From NCBI GenBank assembly GCA_020137815.1, contig CM035358.1, forward strand, positions 7,874,001 to 7,938,000: DNA of 64,000 nt, read 5' to 3'. Source of the DNA: Hormiphora californensis. Lineage: Eukaryota; Animalia; Ctenophora. The notes under the pieces are model-generated. The model was not told where the DNA came from and did not search any database. It was given only the letters and a program-made list of their open reading frames with translations. Within the stretch, counting starts at the first letter, position 1, and every line of letters begins with the position of its first letter. This document shows positions 30,970 to 46,222 of this stretch, piece after piece. The position numbers were made by a program, and so were the translations under genes.

Positions 30970-33905
30970 CTAATTCTCTGCTAGCATGCTCTTAATACTG
31001 GGGCTGCACAGATCGAATGGCTTGTGTCCCGTCTGAAAGAAAGGGGAGGTGTTTTCATAACATTTAACACGGTCTACATATAATTTGGGGAGCTTCTAGA
31101 TCTTATGGAACAAGAAGAAGGGGCTAGCTAGCCCGGGTTAGGAGAGGATAGGGAAAGGTTGTTCATGTAACAATTTGACCTAATCTTTATGACGTCACGA
31201 GACTTCTGATGACGTCACCATACTTCTGATGACGTGATAATCACGCCACACACACGGTGTGACAGTATGGTGGATGTGCGCGCGCGCCATGTAGGTGTTT
31301 AAAACGCTCTGCGCCACGCACTCTCCACACGAGCGGAAAGGCGTGGGCTATGTAGACCCCTCGCGCGCGCGCGCTGACTCGGAGTGTCGACCGAACAAGA
31401 GCCGACACTTTTCTCTGCGAAACCAAATAAAGTTTAATAAATTGTCAAATAAATTATAAAAGTAGGGATATCTACCATAAAGGTAGCGGGGAAATAAGGT
31501 GGAATAAAACTTGTTGATGTGGGTGGTAACCCTTTAGTAACCAGTGGTTACTATGGTAACAACTTGGGTCTTGGTGATGTTGTGGTTACTAACGTTACCT
31601 TATTGACTAGGTTCATGTTGGCGCCCCGTTCCACTAACAAATTAATACTTCTTATGTGGTTCTTTTCACAAGCTAGATGCCTGAAAGAGAGAGAGGAATA
31701 GTTTACAAATATGTAGATCATAGGTATGTTATGATAGTATGATTCATATATGGTCATATCATCAATATATCCCCAATATATTCAATATATACAGCTTGCC
31801 TTCTAGAATAACCTAGAAGATAGAACTACCTAGAACTACCACTGGTATAGTCTACCACAGCTGTGTGATTCTAGAAGAAAGGGAAAGAAAACATTACTCG
31901 AGGGGGAGGGGGTGTTATTCGGGGGGGGGGGGGGGGGGGGGGGGAGGTGCACTACTCAGGGGCCGGGGGGGGGGGGGGGCATTACTCGGGGGGCCGGGGG
32001 GACATTACTCGAGGGGGAGGGTACATTACTCGGGGACCGGGGGGGGGGGGGGAGGGGGGCGTTATTCGGGGCGGGGGTGCATTACTCGGGGGGCCGGGGG
32101 TGCATTACTCGGGGGCCGGGGTGAGGGAGACCGGGGAGGGGGGTCGGGTGAGGGGGGTCCTGGGGTGCATTACTTACAGTGATGTATTACCGTCACAGTC
32201 TTTGCAGTCAATGTGTCCACCAGCATCTAGTAACATCTTTAATATCTGGTAATGATCCCTGTACGGAGGGGGTGGGTTATGTGGGGCGGGTGGGGGGAGG
32301 GGGAGGGGGTTATGTGGTGCAGAGAATAAACGAGAGATCCATCATGGATTACTAAAAAGAAAGTAAAAGATGAAGTAATGTGTTGTTATATTACTAATAA
32401 CATGTTTGTGTAACACACTAACTTTGCGGCAGCTTTGTGCATGGGTGATGTCCGTTGCTGATTTCCGATATTTGGATCTCCTCCTGCTGCTATCAAGACT
32501 TCACAAATCTGAGAAGAAAGAGGAGGGCGATATAAGGGTGATAGAGGAGGGGAGGGTAGGGGGTAGAATGAGGGGTGATAGAGGGGAGGGGGTAGAATGA
32601 GGGGATGGGGAGCTGGGAGAGGGGTGATAGATAGAGGAGGGTGATAGTGGGGTGGCAGATAAAGGGGGAGCCTGGAGAGAAGTGGTAGAGCGCCGAGCGG
32701 TGATAGAGGGGAGAGGGGTGGCAGAGGGGAATCGGGAGAGGGGTGGCAGAGGGGAGGGCCGAGGGGGTAGAATGAGGGGTGATAGAGCTGATTCTAATTC
32801 CTGATTTTAAATACCTCTATCCAATTCTTGGAGGCTGTGTAGAATAACGCTGTTTGGTCGAGATTGTTGATGGCATTAACATCGCAGAACCCCGTTTGAA
32901 GAAGCAGTACTGCAATATGGAGGTGACCACTGGAGGTAGCAATGTGAAGAGGTGTAGATTGGGCCTGAAATGGGGGGGGGGGTAGAACAAACAAACAAAC
33001 AAATAAAACAACAAGCAAGTGAACAAACAAACAAGCAGACAAACAAACAAACAAACAAACAAACAAACAAACAAACAAACAAACAAACAAAACAATAAGC
33101 AAGCAAACAAACAAACAAACAAACAAACAAAACAACAAGCAAGCAAGCAAGCAAACAAACAAACAATTAGACAAACAAACAAAACAAAACAAAACAAACA
33201 AACAAACAAAACAAACAAACAGACTCATTACTCACATCATCAGGGGTGTTTATATCAACACATCCCTCGATAGCCATGGAACAGTTTAAGATGAATTGAA
33301 CCACATCTCTGTGTCCTCCAGAGCACGCCCAATGAAGGGGCTGCCGACAATTCTGAAATAGAAGGTCAGTTTTCAATCTCCCTCACTCTCTCTCTCCCTC
33401 TCTATCACTCTCTCCCATTCTCATTGCGAGATCAGAGACAGAAAGACACCCACGCAACACTCTCTAACATCTCTCATTCACTCACTCAGGCAACACTAAT
33501 GGTTAATTGCTCACTTCAAAACACTTTTTATTTTTATATTTTAATGAAAAAGAAAAACAAAGACAGCTTTATGATTTTAATGCAAGTATCAGCTCAAACC
33601 ATCAACCTCTATCTCCCGGTCTTTATCTCTCTCCCAATTATTCTACATTTCTCTTCTCCTCGCAAGTTCCACCCACTCTTTTTCTCTGTGCTTTTTCTCT
33701 CGCTCCCTCTCTCTCTTTCTGTCTCTGATCTCACTCTGTCTCTCCTTCTGTCTCTGATCTCTCTCACTCTGGCTCGCTTTCTGTCTCTAATCTCTCTCTC
33801 TCACTCTGTCTCTCTTTCTGTCTCTGATCTCTCTCACTCTGTCTCTCTTTCTGTCTCTGATCTCTCTCACTCTCTCGCTCTCTTCCCCATCTCTCTCCCT
33901 CCCCC

Positions 33906-33937
<32 letters not shown>

Positions 33938-33948
33938 ACTCTCTTTCT

Positions 33949-33992
<44 letters not shown>

Positions 33993-34166
33993 ATCTCCTC
34001 TCTCTCTCATCTCTCTCTCTCTCCCTCTCTCCCCTCTCTCTCTCTCTCTCCCTCTCTTTCTCACCTGATCCGCTACAGAGATCAATTTCGGATTTGACTC
34101 GAGCATCATTTTGAGCCGTGTCATGCGGCCCTCATACGCGACCTGACATATCTCGACATTGGACAT
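30970..34166 (-). CDS. PSMD10: 26S proteasome assembly chaperone gankyrin (ankyrin repeats), 7 exons
   Basis: Approximate exons 34166-34065, 33352-33235, 32964-32814, 32507-32422, 32258-32178, 31681-31599, 31032-30970. MSNVEICQVAYEG...DQ/NCRQPLHWACSGGH/STPLHIATSSGH/TALFYTASKN/PMHKAAAK/GNTSLHLACE is collinear with gankyrin as I remember it. Confidence 0.88.
32985..33222. repeat. (AAAC)n microsatellite filling a PSMD10 intron
   Basis: Direct reading. Confidence 0.95.
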
Positions 34167-34519
34167 GATGTCACGCTCAACCACCACTAAACTTCATGTG
34201 GGGAGAAAGAGGTGTGTCTCAGAGGCAGGAGAGATTACATGAAATAAGAAGCATACATTATAGTGTGTGGAGGTGGCGGTAGAATATAATATATATGTGA
34301 ATATATCTTGTTCAATTTATTCACATATATTCACAATGTGTGTACCACACATATTCCACAGAAATTTCCTGGAAACTACAGTTGATTTCTAGGAACTGCC
34401 GCCAGAACCACCACCACCACCCCACACATGCTGAGTGAATGTACAAAGAAACAATAAAAGCGGGATTACATGATAACCATGAAAAGGAAAGGAATCATCA
34501 CAGTTTGGAACCACATCAT

Positions 34520-34710
34520 TTGGGTAGCCCCAATGGGACCGCCCCAAATTGGGGCAGACTCAAATTGGGATAGCTCCCAAATTGGGACCGCCCCAAATTG
34601 GGGCAGACCCATTGGAACCGTCAACCGTCCCAAATTGGGGCAGACCCATTGGAACCGCCCCAAATTGGGACCGCCGTGGTGTGGGGCAGACCCAGCTCAG
34701 ATTGGGAAAA
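34520..34710. repeat. Minisatellite built on the palindromic core cccaaattggg
   Basis: Repeated ccgccccaaattggggcagaccc-type units. Confidence 0.8.
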
Positions 34711-35236
34711 GATTGGGAGTTTTAATAGCTCAATGAATTGTACACGAAAAGAATGTGGGACGGAGCCCAAGCAAATTTTAATCGGATAGATAGATACTCA
34801 CAAAACCTCTCCTCACGTAGCGCCTTTTCACTCAAGTTCCATATTTGGGCATGTCACGCGTGACACACCATATATGGGCATCACAACCCAAGTGGCACAC
34901 ACACACGCACGTGTAAAATACAAATCAAAATATAAGACAAGGGAGTTTCGGCAATTGTGAAAGCAGATCTACCATCAGATAATTTTATCAAATTCGCTCT
35001 AAACTCTTCCACAAAATCAGACGGATCCCTTTCTTGGATCATAATAAACCCTGCTACAGTTCATCACTCGCTTCCGGGGCGAAGAATATACAAAATCTAT
35101 CGGTTTATCACTATCTAAGCTTAGATAGAATTTAGCTACTTCATGATCAAACAAATCACAAAAAGTGTACACCACTAAACAACAAACTGTACTATAACAC
35201 GTAAGATGGCACCTTAAAGTACTTTCTTCGAACAAA

Positions 35237-36029
35237 TAGTAGAGTCGATAACTACATCGACCTCTCCCAATTGTTCCAGTTTTTGTCACATCTGTTTGGA
35301 GCCTCGACACGACCTCTAAACAGGTGTTACTTTTTCACAAACTGTTTTCATCTTGGTGTAATCAGCATTTGAAATGTTGCTAATCATAACAAAAACCTGA
35401 CTAAATTTTTTCAACTTGGGGTAAAACCATGGGTGTCAAAAGTTAGCTCTAGGTCCCCTGAGTAACCATCTGGAGACTCCAAGAGATATTTCAAGCCGTT
35501 CTCCTGTAATCATTAATCCCGGTAGAGCACATATTTGAGTATGGACGTACGTGCAATTGCCTACAACCTCAACTTTAATGTATAACGTTAATGTGCGTCT
35601 CTCTCTTTTCTCCCCCTTGAGAAAGAGTTATCTCGCGCGGCGCAACCGCACGTGCGGTTTTTCCAGAGAGAGTGAGAGACATACAATAACATGTAAACAG
35701 CCTGCCAGCGCTCACGTACGTCCGCATTGTATTTTTTTCTCCACCGGGATTAATGATTACGGGAGAACGGCTTGAAATATCTCTTAGAGTCTCCGGATGG
35801 TTACTCAGGGGACCTAGAGCTAACTTTTGACACCCATGGTTTTACCCCAAGTTGAAAAAATTTAGTCAGGTTTTTGTTATGATTAGCAACATTTCAAATG
35901 CTGATTACACCAAGATGAAAACAGTTTGTGAAAAAGTAACACCTGTTTAGAGGTCGTGTCGAGGCTCCAAACAGATGTGACAAAAACTGGAACAATTGGG
36001 AGAGGTCGATGTAGTTATCGACTCTACTA
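35237..36029. mobile_element. ~790-bp MITE with ~290-bp near-perfect TIRs
   Basis: tagtagagtcgataactacatcgacctctcccaattgttccag...ttaatcccgg is mirrored by ccgggattaa...ctggaacaattgggagaggtcgatgtagttatcgactctacta. Confidence 0.9.
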
Positions 36030-36889
36030 AAAGAGAGAGCACCGCGTTCGTGGTATGAATTGTACTGATGATCTCCCATTCTCTCTATCTTTTTATCTTC
36101 TCCCTCCCTCCCGTTCTCTCTCCCTCTCTCTTTTTCTCGTTCTTTCTCTCCAATCTCTCCTTAAATCTTTACCCCGTTCTCTCTCTCGCTCTTTATCTTC
36201 CGCTTTCGCTTTCTCATTCTCTCTCGCTCTCCCTTTCTCACCCAGCGCCCTCATTTCTTATTCTTTATTCAACCAACCGCGCATATTTCTCTCTTGCAAT
36301 AGTATGAAACTGAACACATATGTTTTTATTTCATTCACTTTCATACAATTGAATGAAAGAGAGAAAGAAGGAACGTGATAGAGCCCTGTGAAACACATTA
36401 TCATGACAATACCAACTACTACTACTAGGTACTACTATCACAATTCACATCCCCCAAAACAAACTAAAAACATTTTCTCAGACAGTGAGAAATAGAATGA
36501 TGTTTCACCGGTCACACTGTACAACAAAACCAAACACAGTACGGTATTCGGGACACAGACTTCACTAGGCAATATAATATCTAGTAGACATAATACTAGC
36601 TGACAAAGTAGGGTCCTGGGCAATAGATACAGGCCTCAGTAATAGACACAATACTTCCTTAGAGACCTCTCTAGACACAATACTAGGACACAGATCTTAT
36701 CACAGTACAATACTAGGACACAACGGGGTCATTGGGACACATACCTCAGCTGTAGTAGTAGACACAAAACACAGACTACCACAATAACAATAGCCCCCCT
36801 TTCTGTGTCGAACACCTTATTTAACACCTTATTAACACAAGACTAACACGATCTTATTAACATGATTCTAACACGATTAACATCCTTTA

Positions 36890-39800
36890 CTACAGGCCCT
36901 TTCTACTCCTAAGTGGCCGATTAAACAACCAATTATCTCCGTCCTTATGGAATAGTCTTTGCTCATGAACCTCCCCAGTCTCCTCTCTCTGCCTCCTCAA
37001 AAACCTCTGATGTTCCTCAATCGCAAACTTCTCACTGCTCGCTGCATCAACATTATTCTCTGCGAGTGCCTTGGTAACATGCCTCCAGTGCCGTCTACTC
37101 TCCCACTCCTCCTGTCTTGATATTGGTAGACACTGCTTCTTAATGATCGGTATCGCATGGATATCCACGAAGACCTCCTTCTGCTGTCCCTCGAACTCTG
37201 CATACATTATGTTGTTCCACTCCCCGCTGACTTTACAGAAGGGTTTACTGGCTGCCACGTGACCAATAGTCCCAGTAATCTGATGTTTTCCACCCCCGTA
37301 GAAGGGTTTAGTAAGGAACGTGATCTCCGCCTGGTACCCAGTCTGGGGACATTTGATCTCACACTTTCCACCTAGTTCCACCCAGGGCCTCATTAGAATG
37401 TTCCGACCGTATCCGTTGGGAAATGTCACGTGATACTCCTCCCCGTGATCCAAGCAGGATAATACCGTGTCCCCTGCCATCTGAACCCCAATGGACAGTC
37501 CCAGGAATTTAGATTTCGTCCAGATAGAGGCATTCACCTCAATATTACTGTCTGGATGCTCAACATAGAATGCTGATATGGGTGGATGGTGGGAGACCTG
37601 TTCTGCGACAAACACAAGACTACTGGAGCTCTTGGCCCAGGGACAAGGTCCCTCCTTACGATTGGACTCTCGGAACTACCATCAGGCATGCCCGGCACAT
37701 CGAAATAACAGGAGAAACTCTCACCGAGGACTGGGTTGTATGGTTTTTTAGCCACACTACCCCTCCTACCAGCGTGGAATGCAGAGAGGTACCACTTGAC
37801 CGCAGCGACTATCCTGTCTTTGGGTGTGGGCGCTTTGGAGATACTGACGAATATGTCAGGGTGGGCTAGGAACTCGGCGTACATTTCCAGGAGGGACCGC
37901 TTTTCAAGGATGAATGTTGGAAGGGGAATCCTGGTTAGGTCCATACCGATACGAACCTAGGTGATAGGGAGGGTAAAGGGAGAGAGGGGGAGATGGAGAG
38001 AGAGGGAGGGGAGGGAGTGTGAGAGAGAGCGATCGGTGATAGGGAGGTAGGGAGGGAAGAGAATGATCTAGATATTACTGCACCTGGCGCGGCTAACCCT
38101 CCACAAAGCCTACACTTGAATCAATAGGGGGGGGGGGGGCTGGTGTGGTACCGCATGTAAAGTAACACATGTACTGTGTAAAGGGGAACCAAGTGTATCA
38201 CACCTACCTGACTGACAAGGTGGGTTATGACACTACTATTTCCACTATCAATCACAATTTCATCATCGTCGTCTTTTCCATAAAACTGATTGAACTCGTC
38301 CAACTCTCTAGCGCCCTCCGCCTGAGAAGGTCAGTGAGTAGTGAGTAGAGTGAGTAGAGTGATTAGTGACTAGTGACTAGTGAGTAGAGTGAGTAGAGTG
38401 AGTAGTGACTAGTGACTAGTGAGTAGAGTGAGTAGAGTGAGTAGTGACTAGTGAGTAGTGAGTAGGAGGGACCCTCTCAGAGGACACATGGGATTTAGAG
38501 CCCGGTAAATGGGCGCCTGGTAGGTGAAGAAATAATCGTCTGATGTGCCGCGGGTAGGGATTCTATTAACATAATAATTCTAGGTTCTCACAGTAGGAAC
38601 CTAGAAAATTCCAATCACAAAACGGAATTGAATTCAGGTTGAAGGTGTCACAGTGTGATCCTATAAAACTTATAAAACGGAATTACGACAAATAAAAGAA
38701 ACACGTTTCCAGCGGAATGGCATAATAAAATGGGTAGGAGACTGGAGAAGGAAAGAATGGGCCGGGGCAAGGTAGGCTGGGATTGGGTCATGGTGAGAAC
38801 ATAGAATAGAAGGTCTAGAAAATTCCAATCAAAGTAACGGAATTCAGCTACAAAAAAGAAACAAGTAGCACAATGAGCCCCAGTGCGGAGAATGCCCGGA
38901 TAACTAATGAGATTTAGGTTCGAGCCCATATATTATGACTTATATGGCTTGAGAAACCTATATATTTTCAAACTGCATTTATAATGAAATACGGGTCTCG
39001 CCATCTCAATATATATTGAAATACCCCCCCCCCCCCGCCATACTACTGCCAACATAGTTAGGGGGACGATATATCATAATTATAAATGTAGGTTTTAATA
39101 TCCATTCCCCTGCCGAGGTCTATGGCCTGCAGCACTATTCATGTGTAGTCCCCTCTCTTTCCTACTTTGTAAGAGACATACGGTGGCCCCTCTCTTTTAG
39201 ATAATATACGTGTATGTAGGCCCCAGCTTCCTACTTTTTTCAAGGAGACGTGGACTGGACATTGGCCCAAATATGTCCACGTGATGTTATTATATGGCTT
39301 CTCTAGAGAAAACCCATATTTTGGAACATATTATGGAATATATATATGTCGACCTTCCGGGATGAGAAAGAGAGAGAGAAGGGTTCACTTTCTTCCCCTC
39401 TTTCTCAACCTCACTCTCTCTCTTTCTCAACCTCACTCTCTCCTCTTAACTTCAGTCCTCACTTATGTTGTAAACTTCGACGTTTCGACCAATTATGTGG
39501 TCATGAAATTACCCCTCATCTCGAGCTCCCGGAGCGTATTAGGGATGACTTCGTAACCAACCCAATTATGTGGTACAGAGATAACGACCCTTCTATGGCC
39601 TTCAAATTAGTGGCATTCTACTACTACCCTAGTTATACTGCTATAGGGGAGAACGAGCAGGCCGATATATTTTTCAGATAGAGATGAATTCTGATCAACT
39701 GACTAACTACCCTGGTCCTCATAATTTGACAACTATGAACTACTAACATGTAGCATGGGGGGGAGTGGTGTGGTGTAGGTAGTCAGGTAAGTTACTAACC

Positions 39801-42531
39801 TGTACCGTGGGTGGGGGAACTCTACTAACCTGTAGTGCGAGTATCTCCTTGCTGGGGACTGTCTCCAGCACCAAAACAGGTTTCACAGCTTCAGGCGCAG
39901 TTGCACTGTCACTCAGCTCTTCGTCAGCGCTGCAGAACGCATCACTGTCTTCACTCTGTGAGGGGAGGAGGGGGTGGTCAGGGTTGGTATCATCACTCTG
40001 AAGGGGGGGGGGAGCAGGAACCGACCGAATCAGGAAATACTGGTCCCTGATTGGCTGATAACCAGTCACGTGACCTAAATAATGAGTTCTGATTGGTTGT
40101 TTACTTGTTTTGGTCGGTTCCTGCTCTGGAGGGGGGGGGGTACTTGATGGTGTGCAACGGCTGTCATGACGATAATATATTGATATGGGTTATGTCACTC
40201 TAATTTTAGATCTGATGTGAGAGAGTTGTTGACGTACTCAGTGGAGTATGATGGATATATTATTACTTTAGCACAGGGGATAATGTTTGAGGGGTCAGTG
40301 GTGATGGTCAACAGGGTGATGGCTGTAGCCCACAAGGCACCACCACTACAGCTAATATGGACATAATATTATTCAAGATGGGGGACTCTGTCAAAGCCTA
40401 GAATTGTTTGCGAAATAGACATCTCATCTGACCGCCTATAGTAACAGATCAATTGTTACACAACAAGATGTAATAAAGCTGCCTCCCAATATCAGATCTA
40501 CACACACAGACACAGCTTCACACTTGTCTTCAACACTACAACAAGATCACTAGACACCTGTAAACCAGCGACCGAATATTCGGTTCGGTTCGGTTCGGTT
40601 CGGAAATTCGGTGTTTTTTGGGCGGTTCGGTTCGGTTCGGTTCGGTAGGAAATTTTGGCCGAACCACCGAATTTTTTGGTCAAAAAATGCCCAGAAATCG
40701 GGCTTTTTCATGCAAAATTATTTCACGAAAATTGTATGGATTTCAATGTCAATTTCGCCGTATTAACCCTATTTCGAATCGGTGGTGCTATGTGGAAATG
40801 ATTTCGCTAGTTAGCGGGTTCGATATGGATTGATTTGATACCTGACTTCCCGTCGAATCGTGTCCTCATGAGAGGGTCAACAAATTCAGAAACTTTTTTT
40901 TTTCAAAAAATTCATGGAGAGCACCGATCAAGGTGTTAAGAATCATTCTCTGAAATTTTGTAAAAAAGTTTGGAAAATATTTCAAAGTCAATTTTATGGA
41001 AAATTTTCTATGTCAATTTTTGCGTACGAATCGTGTTTCGAATCGGTATTGCTAAGCGGGAGTGATGTTGCTAATTAGTGGGTCCGAGATGGATTATGCT
41101 GATATGTGATCCCCCATCAAATCTAATTAGGAAGTTTAGGGGAAACGATTCATGTTTCAATAAATCCTGCTATTTAGCGAGAGCACTGCCGCATAGCATC
41201 ACCGATTCGCAACACGATTCGTACGGCAAAATTGACATATAATTTTTTTTTCCGAAATTGACTTTGAAATATTTCACAAAGTTTTTTCACAAAACAGAAT
41301 AGTTTCTCTAAAAATTCATGGAGAGCATCGATCAAGGTATTGAGAATCATTACCTGAAATTTTGTGAAATTTTTTCCCTGCCCGGGTGAATGCCGAAGGC
41401 ATTCGCCTGGATGCCTTTTTACTTTGTAAAAAGGCATAGCAGGGTTAGAATTCGAAAACGACATTTTGGTATACTAACTAATCGGTAGAGGGACCATTTT
41501 GGTCACACTTTAGTTGCGAGGGGCAACGGTGTAGCAACAAGAGCCGCGCACACAGTTACGAGCTGCTCCTTCATAAACCACTTCATTGGCACGTTTTCAG
41601 GAAATGTGTGGCACGCAATGTGGCGGCGTGGCGCGCAATTTAGTGCTACTAAAACACAAGGATTTGCTCTATACTGTTTGTGTGATATATAAATGATCGG
41701 GATTTTGTGTCCCGCTTGCTGCTACAGCGGATCTGGTCATGATTTCCTTTCTTCATAGATTCACATGGCAGGGAAATTCAGCATTATGTTAGAACATAAT
41801 GCAATTAATCTTGTTTTTGTGAAAAATATTTTAAGTAAATTATGGTATACGAATCGTGTTTCTAATCGACAATGCTAAACGGGAGTGATGTTGGTAATTA
41901 GTGGGTCCGAGATGGATTGTGCTGATACGTGATCCCCCATCAAATCTAATTAGGAAATTTAGAGAGACACGATTCATGTTTCGTTTAATCCTGCTAATTA
42001 GCAATACCATTCCCGTATAGCATTGCCGATTCGAAACACGATTCGTACGCAAAAATTGACATAGAAAATTTACGATAAAATTGACTTTGAAAATTTTTTC
42101 ACAAAATTGACTTTGAAATTTTTTCAAACATTTTTTAACAAAATTTCAGAGAATGATTCTCAATACCTTGATCGGTGCTCTCCATGACTTTTTAGAGAAA
42201 CATTTATACAGAAAAAGTTTTGTATGGTTCGGTTCGGTTCGGTTACCGAAATTCGGTTCGGTTCGGTTCGGTTCGGTTCGGTAAAAAAGTTTTTCAAATT
42301 CGGTTCGGTTCGGTTCGGTGGAAAAAAACCCGGTTCGGTCGTTTCCTGCTGTAAACACACACCCACATAACAGTCCCATTACAAATCATAATCCCAACAA
42401 CTCTCTCCCCTCACTCCAACTCTCTCTCCCCTCGCTATAGGTCTTTACCACATCATGATTCATGGTATGATAGGCACCTTATCCTAATCCCAACACTCTT
42501 TCCCACATTAAACAACTCTCTCCCCTCACTA

Positions 42532-42592
<61 letters not shown>

Positions 42593-43985
42593 ACATCTCT
42601 CTCTCTCTCTCTCCTCACTACACGGCAGGTCTTTACCACATCATGGCCTGGTATAATGCAACAACAGATCTCTTTCATCTTCCGACCATCTCTCTCTCTC
42701 TCCGTCGTAACGGAGGGTTAGAATATAACACTGAAAACACCACTAATATTCCTACACCCCCTTCAACCTTGTCTTATATTCAGACGGAATATAAGACAAG
42801 GGTCTTTTTAAAAAAGGGTCTTTTAAAGGGTCTTTTAAAGCGGTGGGAGTATCTCTCTTTGCTGATAATAGTTAATACAGTCGCCATATTATATTAAACT
42901 ATTTTCCAACATCAACACCAATCTCTCCCAACATGATAGGACCCTAGATTCTCTTGCCTAGCTAGACTGTGTTTCGCGCCCCGCCCACGAAACACCCCCT
43001 TATGTTCTAACCCTCCTTTACAATTTATGTAAAGGAGGGTTAGAACATTTAAGAAAGATTCTCTAGGAAATTTAATTAAAGAAGATAACATATAGATCAA
43101 ACCTACCTCTGAAGCACTTGCAGCCATGTTATTTTCGTTCTCATTTGTTGGATTTTCAGTCAGCTCACTCATGTTCACTTTGACACCAGTAGCATTGGTC
43201 ACCTTACCTAAATAAATATGGGTGTTAGTTGGATCTTGCCTAGAGGAGAGGGAATAAGTGGGTTAACACTTCTAACTTAGAAGAGAATTTAAAAGACGCA
43301 TAGTTTGGTTAGAGTTTTTCGTGAAAAAGGAAAGAAGATATTGGCGAGAATTGAACTAAGGGATGGATTGAACAACTGACTGATAGAAAATAGACAGGGG
43401 GAAGAGAGATGTGTTAAGTTGCCAAAAGCACTTTGACAGTGTCTTCGAGCTGTAGTTAGACACACAAGCAGACCCAAGGGAATTATATTTCTAGATCCTG
43501 ACAAGCAGATCCTGGTTCACGCAGACACCATGCCCCATGGAATATTCTAGAGCTGATAGAACGTGGTTCCTTTTTACTTAATGAATACTACCATTCTCGA
43601 GTGTGGTGGCGAACAAATATTTCCCACCAATATATTCTGGACTTGGTGTTCTAGAAGGTCTACAGCCGGGGAAGTGTTCATGATTACCATGACCAGGAAC
43701 CGACACAAGTAAACAACCAATCAGAACTCATTATTTAGGTAACGTGACTGGTAATCAGCCAATCAGGGACCAGTATTTGGCTCTGGAAGGTCTACAACTG
43801 GGCAAGGTGTCCTGTGGAAGTGTTCATGATTACACACTTCATTCGTTATATAAAATATATATATAAAGCCGTCCTAAGTTATGTGCGTATATATGTGTAT
43901 GCACATAGAGCGGTGAATATTATGCAGAGAATATGCGCATAATATATGAGTGGGGATGTAATAATGCAACTCGGTAGGATTGGAG

Positions 43986-44054
<69 letters not shown>

Positions 44055-44061
44055 GAGAGAG

Positions 44062-44115
<54 letters not shown>

Positions 44116-46172
44116 GAGAGAGAGAGAGAGAGAGAGAGAATGCGAGAGAGAGAGGAGAGAGGAGAGAGGGAGGAGAGAGAGAGAGAGAGGAGAGAGGAGA
44201 GAGAGAGAGAGAGAGAGAGTAGAGGCTGATCGAGAGAAGACGAGAGGAGGAGAGAGAGGGAGAGAGAGAGAGAGTCGTTGTTCCGCCCAACGATCTAAGA
44301 ACACTCCACACCTTTAACATATTAGAATAATTCAAGTATCAAGAAATAAAATGCCGGGATTTTAAAAACGGCTCAATCAGAGTTGGTTCATCTCAACCAG
44401 TTATCTGCCTAGCAATCGAATCTTAATTTTAACTAAATAAGAGTTGTGACTTGTGTGGCTCATCATTTTATTTCGTAAGTGGTGTGAGCTCGCTCTGTGA
44501 AGGTAATGGAATAGAAGCGAGCGCACTCTGTGAGGGTTCGGAGGATCAAAAAAGAGCGGTACACAATGGAGGAAAAGGCAACCAAAGGTTCTGAGTAGAG
44601 TAACACGATCTCCTTCTTGAAATACAATGTAACCATTACATTCAGTAACTTGATCTCTGGGAAGAGAGATCATGTGAAATTCTGCAGACCGGGCTACTGT
44701 TATAATCAAGCTGTCTAGCGAAAAGGTTGTCCCCCTAAAGACTTCCTTTTCCGAACCGGGTCGAACTGCGTGTAGTCTGACAATGAAAATGAAGGGAAGG
44801 TCAAAGGTTTATCGAGTGGCAGACCATGCAACAAATCCGGTTAAAGCGAACACAGATCTATCAAACACACAGATCCATGACATCAAACACACAGATGATC
44901 CATGACATCTATCACAAAGATCACGACGCTGCACAACACATACAGATCACACAACACACGCCCCTGGACACAAGTTGGACACACACACACAACACACCGC
45001 CTAAATAAACACAAACAGGGCAAACACAAACAGAATCACAGAGACAGACACTGGGAGTTCAGATTTGGAGAGAAAGAGATGGAGGGGGAGAGAGACCAGA
45101 GGGGAAAGTGATGGAGGGAGAGAGAGACCACAGCGAGGAACAACGATGGAGAAAGAGGGTGAAATAACTGTAAATGATAAAGTAATGAGCGAAATGATGA
45201 GGGCGGGGAAGATTTAATTTGATATATACATATTGCTAATAAATATGATCATGTATTTCATTACATATTTTACACACACACCTGTGTTTTACTTGAATGT
45301 GTAATATAACACACGTGTAGCTTACTGTTTCATTGTCTTTAACACTTCCTAGTTCTACAAGTCACCCCCCCCCTTATATAATATTTGAACTTTCAAGTGG
45401 CCCGCCACCCCGACATTATTATGTGTATTGAGGGGGACATATTTTCTAGTGAATACCCCACAACTCACAATTGGGGAATTTATTATGCCACAACTACACT
45501 CACATGTTAACCAAGCTGTGTGTAATTGAGAAGTGAGGCGTAACATAGCGGTACACATGTGAGTCTGGTTATATATTTTACTATAATAATCAGTATCTCA
45601 TCATCATCAATCAAAATGTTCAATTCCATGGGATAAATTTGAAGAACTCAGTGAGATTCCTTGGAAGATTAAAAACAGGAAAAGAGCCTGAAAAAAACAG
45701 AAAAAGAGCCTGAAAAAGTAGAATTTCAATTATATATCAGTGTACCTGCTGAGAATTCGAGTTTGTTCATTTCTTCAACACAGCTTTGAAGGGAGCCGAT
45801 CATATCGTTACTGCAAATCTCAAGCTGGGCTGAATCAGAGGGGTCCAATTCTTTGCTGACCTGGGAAAAGTTATCGTTATTAGAATCAAACAGGAATGCC
45901 TAAATAAAACTGCCGTAGCTGGTTAACCTATTTTAAAGGTCGCATCCCGACCAGTCCCGGGTCCCGGGTTATCCAACTATAAATTCATACTAACAAGTAA
46001 AACAAGGAAGTTTTAGTTCAACAATTCACATTATTAAGATAGGACCATGATCTACATTATAAGCGTCAGTGGGGGCCGTCAGCCCGGCTCGAAATGTTCT
46101 TGAAGGTGCGACCAATGGGGATTTCTCCATTGGAAAGGTGTGATTTAGTAATATTTCACAAAAATCGCGAAT

Positions 46173-46222
<50 letters not shown>

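Noticed and set aside
44401-44780. Possible coding segment in an OSBPL9 intron
   Set aside because: Not needed for OSBPL9 phase continuity, and no frame gives a recognisable protein.
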